A stretch of DNA of 64,000 nt from Nemertoderma westbladi. Its lineage: Eukaryota; Animalia; Xenacoelomorpha. Both the position numbers and the translations under genes were made by a program. Shown in pieces: positions 12,800 through 24,319 of the stretch (within the stretch, counting starts at the first letter, position 1; each line of letters opens with the position of its first letter). A model generated the notes under the pieces. That model had not been told where the DNA came from. It made no database searches and was given only the letters and a program-made list of their open reading frames with translations. The stretch lies in contig JAUCBJ010001029.1 in NCBI GenBank assembly GCA_032718475.1, positions 6,208-70,207 on the forward strand, written 5' to 3'.

Positions 12800-13092
12800 G
12801 TATGTAAAGCTAATAGCATATTGATATAAAACCAACTATTTATTTATGGTTATAAAAAAGCGCTTTATTTCCCGTCTAGCCTGAGCTGTTTAATTTGTTG
12901 GCGTTGTTGGCGAGTTAGGCGATTACAATGTCAGGGCCAAGAGGAAGTAAAGCACTTTTGGTTTGTAATTTTATCCATAAATAGCCTTTCCACGTTTTGC
13001 CTGATTTTGCTCGATCTGTTCTGCCTTTATAACTGCTTTTTTTTTTATTTAATGAGTAACTTCACTTCTAATGTTCTCTTATCGTTTCTCAG

Positions 13093-13214
13093 ATGAATGT
13101 GATGGTCTTCTGAAACGCGTTTCTGTGCGAACATCTAGAACGCACAAGGAAGACGTGTTGAGTTCCATGTATAATTACGAGCCGACATCTGTAGAATGTT
13201 ATACATTAGACAAG
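13093..13214 (+). CDS. NIF3L1: NIF3L1 exon 3
   Basis: TTTCTCAG acceptor, AAG|GTATGT donor, open frame, phase-compatible. Confidence 0.7.
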
Positions 13215-13777
13215 GTATGTTGTGTACCTATACATACAGTGTACACTACATACAGACCATGTACAAGTACAGTGTCTATGTGCACCTGTACATTGCCGCC
13301 AATGTACAGGTGCACACAGACGTGTACAGTCTACACGCACACAGTCCATTGTAGATATTGGACTCGAACATCGATATTGTTAAACTCATCCTCGATCAAG
13401 TTCTTGACATTTCGATTGTAATATTTGTTTCTATTGCAAAATTAGACTCATTTTAGACTAATATTATTGGTAACCTTTCGGTTACCAATTGGTAACCATT
13501 CGGTCATTAAGTTGATGTTAACCTTTAATTTGTATAGAATAAACAAGTAAAAGTCTGTGAACGCGGGAAATACGAAACACGAGAGGCAACCCGAAGGCTC
13601 CTCTCTCATGGCTGTTACCTATAAGGCAGGGAGGACACCACACTAACTCCCAGGGTTGAACACTATCCATCCCTTTCTTTAATCCCCGCTCGGTTGTATT
13701 TTCTGTAAATAATGTTATCAAACATCTTTAACTTTATATTATGAATTAATTCGCTACAATAAATGTTCCCTGTTTAG

Positions 13778-13916
13778 CCACTACGTTACGGGTATGGTTG
13801 TGGGCGACTCTGTGTTCTACCAGACAATGTAATTATTGCCGAGATTATTTCCAAAGTAAAACAGCATTTGAAACTGAATTGCGTTCGGCTGGCTCTGGGC
13901 AACGGCTGCACATTGG
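13778..13916 (+). CDS. NIF3L1: NIF3L1 exon 4
   Basis: TTTAG acceptor; PLRYGYGCGRLCVLPDNVIIAEIISKVKQHLKLNCVRLALGNGCTL resembles NIF3L1 GMGRLCTL...IKRHLKLSHIRLALG; GTTAGT donor. Confidence 0.88.
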
Positions 13917-13964
13917 GTTAGTTATTGGATTAATTACCTAATCCAAAGCAATAATGTATTTATT

Positions 13965-13968
<4 letters not shown>

Positions 13969-13996
<28 letters not shown>

Positions 13997-14166
13997 CTTT
14001 CGACACAATCAAAATTCATCCCTCTTTAAGGGAAAATCGACGCAAATAACAACTGATTACTCCCATAAATAAAACTGTATCATGTTCGATTGACTTTAGT
14101 TTATTGTTTTGGTTCGACTAACGTGCCACTATAACCTGCTCCTTCCCCCCCCCCCCCCCCTGTCTC
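13969..14166 (-). mobile_element. Diverged inverted copy of the hAT-like MITE in NIF3L1 intron 4
   Basis: Reverse-complement similarity to 21684-21932; ends in ...CCCCTGTCTC. Confidence 0.7.
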
Positions 14167-14193
14167 ATTTGACATCGTCTTTCTGCTTTGTAG

Positions 14194-14465
14194 ATTCAGC
14201 TGTTGGAACTGTTGCAGCTTGTGCTGGTGCCGGCTCCTCGTTGTTATCTGGTTGCCATGCCGACCTGTATCTCACGGGGGAGATGAGTCATCACGATATA
14301 TTAGACGCCACCTCGCGGGGAATTAGTGTACTGCTTTGCGAGCACAGCAACACGGAGCGTGGATTCTTGGACGTGCTGAAACTTCGATTAGAAACTGAAC
14401 GAATTCTACCAGGTGTAGAAATACTTGTGGCTCAAACCGACAAGGACCCAGTTGATATTGTCTGA
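14194..14465 (+). CDS. NIF3L1: NIF3L1 exon 5 (last coding exon)
   Basis: VAACAGAGSSLL..ADLYLTGEMSHHDILDA...LCEHSNTERGFL...QTDKDPVDIV* carries the hallmark NIF3 C-terminal motifs. Confidence 0.95.
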
Positions 14466-14757
14466 GGTACTTGTGGCTCAAACCGACAAGGATCCAGTTG
14501 ATATTGTCTGAGGTACTTGTGGCTCAAACCGACAAGGACCCAGTTGATATTGTCTGAGATACTTGTGGCTCAAACCGACAAGGACCCAGTTGATATTGTC
14601 TGAGATACTTGTGGCTCAAACCGACAAGGACCCAGTTGATATTGTCTGAGGTAGTTGTGGCTCAAACCGACAAGGATCCAGTTGATATTGTCTGAGGTAC
14701 TTGTGGCTCAAACCGACAAGGACCCAGTTGATATTGTCTGAGGTACTTGATATTGTC
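14420..14757 (+). repeat. 46-bp tandem repeat (7 copies plus a partial one) of the NIF3L1 coding end including the stop codon
   Basis: (GGTACTTGTGGCTCAAACCGACAAGGACCCAGTTGATATTGTCTGA)n. Confidence 0.95.
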
Positions 14758-15639
14758 GGACAATAACATCCGATACAATGCCCATCTCACCTCTCTGTTA
14801 GACAATATGATTTCGGCTCGCCGAAACACCTTAGTATGAATGAACCTTTTATAACCCGATAAGTTTATGGCTATTAGATGAATGTTAGTTAATGATCATG
14901 TATACCATTTCCGTTGCAGTATTAACTTACATAATTCACAGACTATATACTCGATACGGCACAGTTAATAAGGTTTTATCGTATTAGTTGTTTCAGTAAT
15001 GGATACCGTGGCCGATAAACCCATCCATTTGGCCAATATGAACACGAAACAGTTCGACGAACTTTTGACGAACTGGCATATCAGCAGTTTTTGCAAAATT
15101 ATATTTCTGCCATAAATTGCGTTTACAGAAAATTGGTTTTTCATATTTGGCCTTTTGACTCCGTACAGGCACTTGAACACTTAAAAATTGGCACAATGGG
15201 GTAATTTGAAACGCTCTATCTATCTAAAATTATTATAATCACGAATATTTTTGTTATTTCGTCATACTGGTTATACGCCAGTTCGTCAAAATAATAATGA
15301 AAAGTTTTCTAGTAAACACCAGTTTGTCAAAATACAGTTTTATTGTTTCACTCTGAGGCGATATTTATTTCAATATAAACGAAAATTTTAAAATCGTATT
15401 TCGAAAGAAATAATCCCCTTGAATTACAATACCGGTATTGATTCCATTTTCGTAACTTTTGGTATTGTTAAAATTTGGATATTATTAGTATTACTCTTTT
15501 ATTCAACAAAGCTCATTCATTATAGAACATACGGTTATACGGTTGCTAAAATTTAATAGTATATTTTAAAGTTTACAATGTCCTGTCCCTAGACGTGACA
15601 AGGTTGTTCCTTCTTGGTCTGGTCTCTAAGCTTCAAGCT

Positions 15640-18600
15640 TTATTGGTGAGCAAGCTGTCGGTAGAATGAGTCATAAGGCGGACGAATGACTGGTTTGTTG
15701 CCTTCACATAACTTCATGAGATCGTCAAATTTAGCTCTTGCGAGCCTCGGACCACCACCGCCCCCATATGCTTGCACAGGGAATACAATATCGCTGTTCC
15801 TCTTAGTTGGCAGTGTTATGGAATCAAATGTTTCCTGGCTATGGGAGTATTTGAAATATAGTTTTGATGCCTCCTGTTTCTTCAACTCAAACTCTACCAT
15901 GTTCACCCAATTGATGTCATTCCCAGAATCGCTCAACCGTTGCCTCAAAACACCTTGACCAACAGATAACGATTTCCAATCGAAAATGTCTTCTGTTTGT
16001 AATTCTATTACCTTGTAGGGAACCTTTCGACTAAGTCGTATGATAGGCACCAGTTGAGCCGGTACCATTATATCGCAGCTCCGCTCAATAGCACGCTCGA
16101 TACACGCGTGAGCACTATCTCCCTCAGTCTGACCATGATTGGGGACCATTATAATAAGCCGGATCGATTTGATGCAACGGGATTCGGTTAGAAAGCTTCG
16201 AAACATTGTGGGGATGATAGAGTTTTTGTTCTGCCCAGAACATCCATCCGCGAAAAAGACAACAGATTCATATTTATCATTGTCAATCAGCCATAAATAT
16301 AGATTGGTTGCAATCTCATTCGAGCCTCTATTGGCTACACCCTCATGCCACAAAAAACACGAGACCTCCCTGTTTGCGATATTGTAAATAGTGAAGTTAT
16401 AGTTTGAGAGACGACGTTTGTAAAAAATCTCCGATCTTTCTGATTTGGGTGTGTAGATTACCTGCTGAAGGTCAAAACACGCGGCAATTACATTTGACTC
16501 CTCAGTCATCGCTGCCATTTTTGCAGCGTCTTTTAATTCTCGTGTTATTTTCTTCTCTTCCTGGTGATTGTTATACTCAACTTTTAAACTCTCAGTGAGT
16601 TCGTCAGTCTTCGTCGTACGGAATGTCTCGCAAATGCCACACTGGTCCTTTTTTCTTTTATGAATTGCTAACTTTAGTTGGTGAAATACGTCACGATATT
16701 TACTGTATGATGCTATTGCAACACCGCTCGATGATGCCATCTCTTGCTTCTCATTCTTATACATGCTGTACATTATACTGATAGATAGATCAGATGACAA
16801 ATGCTTCCTTTTGTCATCCTTCCTACAATAATGACTTTCTACAGTGGGAAACCTATTCAAATGTTCAACAATACTAGATTCTATATGTGTATCTCTCTCT
16901 CTCAACTTCTGCACTCTTCCTCCCCTCTTTTCACCTTTCAACATACCATGTTCTGTTATATTTTTTAGAGTAGTGTAAACAAATTTCTCATTTATGTTCA
17001 ACGTGTTTATGAAAAACGTCTTACAAACACGTAATTGAATGCTGTCAACCGTCAGTGTATAGTTAATTTTATTTTTCTTCTTCCCAATTGCATTAGGAAT
17101 TGGTGATGAATGTACATGGTACGCAATGAATTGTCGCTGTTTGTCTAAGTTACTAAGATCATAAAATCCATTTAAAATAACTTGTCGGGTCTCATCACTC
17201 ACAGATCGACATTTAAAACCATTTTGATTTTCTGCACTACAGTTACACCTTGGTGTCACTACTCGCTTCGAAACAAATTGCTTCCCAGACTCACTTAAAT
17301 ACGGCATTCCAGAATTGCGATTATTTTTTACAATTAACCTACGGCACTTTGATTGATTATTATCCTTTATTGGACTGCCTTCCTGTGGGGCGCCATCTAC
17401 AGTAAAATCTTCGGGGAGAGAGGCAGCCTGATCTTCAAGAAGAATCTCTTCGTTCTCAATTATTGTCTCCGAATCTGAGGATATAGAATCAGAATCCGAT
17501 GGGGAATAATCAGGATCGCGAACTATGTCGTCTATCCCCGCAATATTAGAACTATCTATTGTTACAAGATTCGAAGTATCAACGTAGTTTTGACAACCTT
17601 CTTGGTCATCACCAGCGGGCCTATCACAGTAAACTGTAGTTAGATCATTCATTGAGGACCACACTGTTGAAATTCTTGGTTGATATTCATTCTCTACAGA
17701 GTTGATATCGTCCATGTTTAAGGTTTCAGAAATAATTGTAGAATTCTCGTTTGAGTATACCGAGTATATGAAACTGTCAAGAGCTTCTTGAATATCTTTT
17801 TCTTTAATGACTGTCACCCTTTCAAACCCTGTTGCTCCCTTATGATTTCCACCCTCTTCTAACCCTGAGCCTCCCAAACCAACTCCAAACTCTTCCAACC
17901 CTGTGGCTCCCAAACCAACCTCTTCCAACCCTGTGGCTCCCAAACCAACTCCACCCTCTTCTAACCCTGAGCCTCCCACTCCAACTCCAACCTCTTCAAA
18001 CCCTGTGGCTCCCAAACCAACTCCACCCTCTTCCAACCCTGAGCCTCCCAAACCAACTCCAAACTCTTCCAACCCTGTGGCTCCCAAACCAACCTCTTCC
18101 AACCCTGTGGCTCCCAAACCAACTCCACCCTCTTCTAACCCTGAGCCTCCCACTCCAACTCCAACCTCTTCCAACCCTGTGGCTCCCAAACCAACTCCAC
18201 CCTCTTCCAACCCTGTGGCTCCCAAACCAACTCCAAACTCTTCCAACCCTGTGGCTCCCAAACCAACCTCTTCCAACCCTGTGGCTCCCAAACCAACTCC
18301 ACCCTCTTCTAACCCTGAGCCTCCCACTCCAACTCCAACCTCTTCAAACCCTGTGGCTCCCAAACCAACTCCACCCTCTTCCAACCCTGTGGCTCCGAAA
18401 CTAACTCCAACCTCTTCAAACCCTGTGGCTCCCAAACCAACTCCACCCTCTTCCAACCCTGTGGCTCCCAAACCAACTCCACCCTCTTCCAACCCTGTGG
18501 CTCCCAAATCAACTCCAACCTCATCCAACCCTGTGGCTCCCAAACCAACTCTAACCTCTTCCAACCCTGTGGCTCCCAAACCAACTCCAACCTCTTCCAA

Positions 18601-19395
18601 CCCTGTGGCTCCGAAACTAACTCCAACCTCTTCAAACCCTGTGGCTCCCAAACCAACTCCACCCTCTTCCAACCCTGTGGCTCCCAAATCAACTCCAACC
18701 TCATCCAACCCTGTGGCTCCCAAACCAACTCCAACCTCTTCCAACCCTGTGGCTCCGAAACTAACTCCAACCTCTTCAAACCCTGTGGCTCCCAAACCAA
18801 CTCCACCCTCTTCCAACCCTGTGGCTCCCAAACCAACTCCAAACTTTTCCAACCCTGTGGCTCCCAAACCAACACCAACCTCTTTCAACCCTGTGGCTCT
18901 CAAACCAACTCCAACCTCTTCCAACCCTGTGGCTCCCAAACCAATTCCAACGTCGGCAAACGCAGCCTCTCCCACATCCATATCAAATTGCCTGGCTAGG
19001 GAGAGCATTGACCTTCCCACAGAAATTTCGGTTGCTACATCTCCTCCGACTTTCACCTCCAGTTCGATAACCTTTTCCTCCTTCCTTGTCCTATTTCTTT
19101 TCGGATATGATTTGAATTGGCCTATTTCGTTTCTTTTTTTTCGTTTTCGAATCTTGCAGTTCTTCTTTTCGGACTCAATGATAAAGCCCATAAAAACATC
19201 ATCTTCGCTAGCGGTATCTTCAGCAACCGTTACATCCATCACTTTAATGTATAGGCCTAGAACATCGATCTGTCTGCAGTCTGAACTGCTTTTTATCTGT
19301 TGTTTAATTAATGTATATTCTATTTTATATGTAGTGCAATGTATGATACTTAAACTTTCAGTATTACATGTACCGGTGTAAGACTGACTGTCCAC
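15640..19395 (-). CDS. DDE transposase (Sola-like) with an internal Gly/Glu-rich tandem repeat
   Basis: Motifs SHYCR, KDQCGIC, FDLQQ, FYKRRL.NYN, WHEG..RGSNEI, DGCSGQNKN, HGQTEGDSAH..IE. The true start codon is uncertain. Confidence 0.85.
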   Translation of the reverse strand: MDSQSYTGTCNTESLSIIHCTTYKIEYTLIKQQIKSSSDCRQIDVLGLYIKVMDVTVAEDTASEDDVFMGFIIESEKKNCKIRKRKKRNEIGQFKSYPKRNRTRKEEKVIELEVKVGGDVATEISVGRSMLSLARQFDMDVGEAAFADVGIGLGATGLEEVGVGLRATGLKEVGVGLGATGLEKFGVGLGATGLEEGGVGLGATGFEEVGVSFGATGLEEVGVGLGATGLDEVGVDLGATGLEEGGVGLGATGFEEVGVSFGATGLEEVGVGLGATGLEEVRVGLGATGLDEVGVDLGATGLEEGGVGLGATGLEEGGVGLGATGFEEVGVSFGATGLEEGGVGLGATGFEEVGVGVGGSGLEEGGVGLGATGLEEVGLGATGLEEFGVGLGATGLEEGGVGLGATGLEEVGVGVGGSGLEEGGVGLGATGLEEVGLGATGLEEFGVGLGGSGLEEGGVGLGATGFEEVGVGVGGSGLEEGGVGLGATGLEEVGLGATGLEEFGVGLGGSGLEEGGNHKGATGFERVTVIKEKDIQEALDSFIYSVYSNENSTIISETLNMDDINSVENEYQPRISTVWSSMNDLTTVYCDRPAGDDQEGCQNYVDTSNLVTIDSSNIAGIDDIVRDPDYSPSDSDSISSDSETIIENEEILLEDQAASLPEDFTVDGAPQEGSPIKDNNQSKCRRLIVKNNRNSGMPYLSESGKQFVSKRVVTPRCNCSAENQNGFKCRSVSDETRQVILNGFYDLSNLDKQRQFIAYHVHSSPIPNAIGKKKNKINYTLTVDSIQLRVCKTFFINTLNINEKFVYTTLKNITEHGMLKGEKRGGRVQKLRERDTHIESSIVEHLNRFPTVESHYCRKDDKRKHLSSDLSISIMYSMYKNEKQEMASSSGVAIASYSKYRDVFHQLKLAIHKRKKDQCGICETFRTTKTDELTESLKVEYNNHQEEKKITRELKDAAKMAAMTEESNVIAACFDLQQVIYTPKSERSEIFYKRRLSNYNFTIYNIANREVSCFLWHEGVANRGSNEIATNLYLWLIDNDKYESVVFFADGCSGQNKNSIIPTMFRSFLTESRCIKSIRLIIMVPNHGQTEGDSAHACIERAIERSCDIMVPAQLVPIIRLSRKVPYKVIELQTEDIFDWKSLSVGQGVLRQRLSDSGNDINWVNMVEFELKKQEASKLYFKYSHSQETFDSITLPTKRNSDIVFPVQAYGGGGGPRLARAKFDDLMKLCEGNKPVIRPPYDSFYRQLAHQ
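17825..18950. repeat. In-frame 30/36-bp repeat inside the transposase (GVGLGATGLEEV on the minus strand; PVAPKPTPTSSN on the plus strand)
   Basis: Tandem CCAACCCTGTGGCTCCCAAACCAACTCCAACCTCTT units. Confidence 0.95.
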
Positions 19396-20585
19396 TTGTC
19401 CTTAACGGTACACTCTAATCTCACTGATATCGTATGGAAATTACCTACGACATAACCTAGAAATATGGCGTACCCTATAGAAATTAAATCTAAAATTTTG
19501 ACGAACTGGCGTACAGTAACAATTTTCTAATACGCCACTTCGTCAAAATATTATTTACTAAAATAGATATACAGCGTATATTTTGTATCGCTGTATCTCT
19601 CGTTCCAATGCACTTATGGAGACGCCACTTCGTCAAAAGTTGGCTTTCACATTTATGACCTTAAATATCCAAAAAAAAAATTTCAGCAAGAAATGGGGAT
19701 ACGCCAGTTCGTCAAAAGTTCGTCGAGTTGTTAGTCGGTGTTTCTCATTCTGCCAACTGCTCGTACTGTTTAGAATAATTATTGTAACACATTTATAATA
19801 ATAATTAGTAATAATTAAATCGCAATAATATTAATATTCGAGGTTGCTAGATTGCACGCAATTATCGGTATTCTTGGTTTGTATTTATATAATATTCGTA
19901 ATAATTTTCTATTGAATTAATATTAAAAAATATTACATGGAAAACAAATATGACTTTTTTCCGAAGGCCCGTACAATATAGGTATAAGGGGAAAATACTA
20001 TTTGTTTTTTATCTTTATTTATGACATGTCATTCCTCAAAATTGACGTTTTCCTAAAAACAAGAAGTACAACCAACGAATTTACGGTAGCTGTTGCTGCG
20101 AACTCCAAAATACTCACACACCTTCCTGTTTCTTCAATTGTAATATATGGGGTCGACTAGAAGACCCTGGGGAACGCAGCTAATATCTTGGTGCCATTTT
20201 TGGAGAAATCTTCTTTTACTTTTGACACGTTGCAATCTATTGTGTACGGAAGCCTGAAACCCGCAAAACTGTCAAGGATAAAACATCAATAAAACTTTGG
20301 TGAAATTAAATAAATTCCATTTTAAAATACCTTCGCACTTGATAGAAAACTGTAGTAGTTTTGGTAATTTTTGTTTTTCTACAGTATAATAGTTAGCTCA
20401 TGTACCCATTGTTGGGTGACAGTTGTTCAACTGCTAAGAAACTGTTTAATTAATAACAGTACCGGTAGGGCCTTTAACAAATATTATCTAATTCATTTTT
20501 GGATATAAATTTTTTGGATATAATCGTGTTGAACTGAACCACGTTTATTAAAAGTATTATTAATTACAACACGTGTTTCATTTAT

Positions 20586-20842
20586 GAATGGGAGAATCTT
20601 TTAGGCTCGTTAAGCCAAGGAATGCCTGTTCACCACCATGGGTGATCTTCCACAGTAAACCCTTCCACTCTGTTTCCCAAGTTGCCTTGGTTCCCATTTA
20701 TCGACCACTGAAGGATGAAAGCCGGTGTTGGGCTAGGCTGCAGCATTTAAAGCACTGTGCCCAAACAGTGCTGCCCCATCTAGGGATCGAACCCGGGCTC
20801 CCTAATCGGAAGCACAGTAATGTCACCACTAGACCAAGCTGC
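20586..20842 (-). mobile_element. tRNA-derived SINE, full length
   Basis: Minus strand has A box TGGTCTAGTGG, B box GGTTCGATCCC and a central CTTTCATCCTTC..GGTCGATAAATG block; 12-bp TSD TGTTTCATTTAT (20574-20585 and 20843-20854). Confidence 0.85.
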
Positions 20843-20920
20843 TGTTTCATTTATAAATAATTACTTAGAATCAACTTAATAAACCTACTGAGGTATTAGT
20901 TCAAAACGTGTGTAAATTAG

Positions 20921-21260
20921 CATTGTGTCAAGTACAATGAACACATCTCCAATCAGACTCAATACAACCTTGGAGGTGTTTCATTAGTCTCACCTAGCTT
21001 GACACCTGAACGGAGCCGCCTCCGCTTTGCAGGACATTGCTTTCGCCGTGAGGCCAGTGCATAATCTTGTGCTTTGGCGGCCTCATGGAGTGAATAAGCA
21101 TGGTGGACAGCCCATGACATTCTTGAGACGCCTCAGAAAGGACACTGGCCTTGAAGATGCGAATGATCTAGCAAATGTCATGGGTGATAGGGATTGGGTG
21201 ATAAGGGATTAGTGGCGGTGCAACTTTGTCGACAAGCCGGCACAGCATCCTTAAAAAAAA
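20921..21260 (+). mobile_element. RTE 3' fragment (same family as 4877-7306)
   Basis: Sequence similarity to 6988-7265 and 4877-4929. Confidence 0.8.
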
Positions 21261-21683
21261 CTACTTCACAACTACAACTATTTCACTTTTCACCCTCGAA
21301 AAATAACGAAAAACCGCCACTTTCTCTAAACATCTAAACTCTTTGAAAGCAAGTTTGGAGAGAGTTTTTGACCGGTTTTATATTTAACAGTCGAAGTCCA
21401 CGCGATATAATGATGTTACCACTTTTGAGTCATCAGGTGGAGATATAATAGCGCATGGAGAACTCATAGCCGGATGCCGGAACCACAGCCAACCCAGATT
21501 CGGCGCAGTATCAGACAGTGTGAAACAGTGAGCAGTGACAGTAATCTCTCTACAGTCTGACAGTAAATGCAACCTAACACCCGCCTATAGACAATTGTTA
21601 TTGTAGGTCCAAGAGCAGACCAGTTTTTAACGATAAAAGTATACTTGTCCCGGATTTATTAAAAACAGGTCTGCTCCTCAACG

Positions 21684-21932
21684 GAGACCTGGGGGGGGGG
21701 GGGGGGGGGTGGAAGAAAATCCCATCTTGGCGAATTAATATCCCGCCTCAATGTTAAATTATCATTTTAGGGAAAGGAGCAGGTTACAGTAGCACGTTAT
21801 TTTAACCACAATAATAAACTAAACACAATAGAACAGGTTACAGTTTTATTTTTGAGAGTAATCAGCTGTTATTTGAGTCGAAATTCCCCTGGATAGGGAT
21901 GAATTTTATTGCGTCCAGTTTCCCCCTATCTG
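21684..21932 (+). mobile_element. Intact hAT-like MITE, 249 bp
   Basis: 8-bp TSD CCTCAACG (21676-21683 and 21933-21940); G-run/C-run termini. Confidence 0.88.
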
Positions 21933-22394
21933 CCTCAACGTCATTTCCCTCTTTAATGTGTAAAATGGCATATTTCCACATTAAAGAGGGAAATTTGAAA
22001 TTGCCAAAGAGCAAATAAAAACTGTTTGTAAAGGACTTGTCTTTAAAAGCTTTGGCTGTTTGGTTAAGTCGGAAAAAGCCGCAGCCAAATAGTTTACCGG
22101 TAGTTATCCAAGTCATTGCATTAAGATTCAGTCGGAGGCGGTATCTGTCAGTCTGTTGTTGAGAAACCATTTCAATTGTTATATGAAATAAACTCTTATG
22201 CTTATCAACCATTTATGGAATATTTTCGCGAATTGTGAAGGGTGATTACATACATACTGACATAGGCCTATACATAGGCTTACGAACTAGCCTACTGAAC
22301 TACTAATTAGACCCTGACAGCTTGAGTCTGAGAGCGGCAGACAACGTACATTATACTGTTAACTGGCACTTTGTTTTAACCCATAATCGGCACA

Positions 22395-23602
22395 ATGATA
22401 ACAGCGGACTGGCACCCTTTGGGGAATGTATACTACCGGAAACACGAGATTTATACGATGGATTGGTTGAACTCCGTGGACCTGGGCCGGGTACGTGTGG
22501 CGGCTGCCGCATACGGGGGCCCCATAGCCACGGTTCGCTACGCCGAGTCCCGGACACCCACCGGCAAACCTTCGCTCGCGATATACTCAGCTTCCGGTTG
22601 CAAGATATCTGCCTTCCCGTGGACGTCCGGTAAACTCTTGGGGGTTTGTTGGACGTCCTCCGAGGAGCTCCTATGTCTGCAGACGGACGGAACTGCCATC
22701 GTTTACGACATATACGGACACTGCGACGCGGATAAAATCTTCTCCTTGGGTTCGGACGTTAAGGAGCAGGGTGTTATCGACTGGTTGTCGTTCCGGACTG
22801 CTGTCGGCACCGGTTTGGTGGTGCTTACCGCTCGCTACCGGTTCTATCTGGTGAGCAGCTACGACCAACCCCGCACGCGCTCGCTGGCCGTGATCCCTGA
22901 TCTTGCGGCGCCCCCTAGCGCTTGGGCAGCCATCAACCACGGCGACGCGGTCCAACTGTTAGTCGCCCAGGACCGCCGACTCTTCATACTGCTGACCAAT
23001 GGGGAGCTCGTGCGAACCGCTCTCCCTGGCGACATGGACGCGGATTTCGCGAGTTTCGTTTCGATCAGCGTTTCGTTCGACCAGAAACTCGTCGCTTTAA
23101 TGACAGACACGGGGTTGTTGTTCGTCGTCTCCAGCGATTTACGGAAGTTGCAATGCGTGCGGTCACTCGGAAGGCCGGACGCCGGCCGGCCGACGCAGAT
23201 GCTCTGGTGCGGCGACGGGGCCGTGTTACTGTGCTGGGAGGATTTACTGCGGTTGGCGGGAACATCCGACGGGACTCTAGCACCGTCGGACGACAACGTC
23301 GTCGAATTCAACACGGAGGGACCGACGTTCGCGTACCCCGAGCCGGACGGCGTGCGGTTACTGAGCAACGAGAGCCACGAGCTGCTGGAGCGAGTGGACC
23401 CAGCGGTGGACTCGGTGTTCCGGATCGGCTCGTTGTCCTCGGCCGCGGCGCTGTTTGAGGCGTCGCGATGCTACGAGCGACAGAGTCCCCGAGTAGACGA
23501 GTACATTAGGTTGGTTGGGGAGGATCTGGAGGCCGCGGTGCTGCAGTGTCTACGGGCGGCCGGGGCCGTCTGGGAGACCAGACTGCAACGACAGTTACTC
23601 AA
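22395..23602 (+). CDS. VPS16: VPS16 (HOPS/CORVET subunit) exon 1
   Basis: MITADWHPLGNVYYRKHEIYTMDW..AAAYGGPIA..IYSASG..EPDGVRLLS..FRIGS..LFEA..VDEYIR matches the Vps16_N region; donor AA|GTGAGT at 23603. Confidence 0.95.
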
Positions 23603-24319
23603 GTGAGTTACATTGAATATTCCAATGGGTGAGTTTTATTGGATTAATATACTCGTGGTGTTTTTATTCTGTGACGTCGATATTATGTCCCGTCAATATT
23701 TTGTACCTTAGATTTTTTTTGCACTCCACTGTCCCTCAATCTCATGGAGTTGGCCATCACCTAACCTTTACTAATTTTGGTAACAATTAGTTTATCTACA
23801 TAACTATCAGACTATTAATTTAATATATATTTTTTAAGTATAGTTACATCCCCAATCGCAATCGGGATAAATTATAATTGATATTATCTAAGTTAATTAT
23901 AACACAATAATTACTACAATAACCATACTGAATTAATACCATATGGACTATTAAAATATGCAAAGATATAAAACACTAATGTTAAATGAAATATTGTTTA
24001 AAATGAAATAGATATAAACATAAAAACATTGTATAGGCATTCAATGTAAATATTAATATTAATTTGTTGCATGGCATGATTGACGAACCTTAAAACCTTT
24101 ATTAATTTAATATTGTGGCGAGTCACCTAGAAAAGCGGGTTAACAGGTCAAAATCACCTTTCGAGAAATACAAAGTAAAGATTTAGAAGTTTAAATGGGG
24201 GTCACTAATTCCTTAAGAACGGTTGATTTTTCATTCGTGGTGCAGATTTTTATGAGGATTTCAAAACTTCCAACCGTTTGTTAACAGCTAATGTAGTTTA
24301 CAAGTTATGAGTGATAATA

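Larger units (their letters stand above)
15055..19725 (-). mobile_element. Complete Sola-like (probably Sola1) DNA transposon, 4671 bp
   Basis: TIR CGACGAACTTTTGACGAACTGGC(A/G)TATC at both ends; 4-bp TSD AGTT (15051-15054 and 19726-19729); subterminal copies of ACGCCA(G/C)TTCGTCAAAA; long transposase ORF. Confidence 0.85.

Noticed and set aside
20770-20842. tRNA gene
   Set aside because: A/B boxes are present but are followed by a SINE body and flanked by a 12-bp TSD; no convincing cloverleaf.
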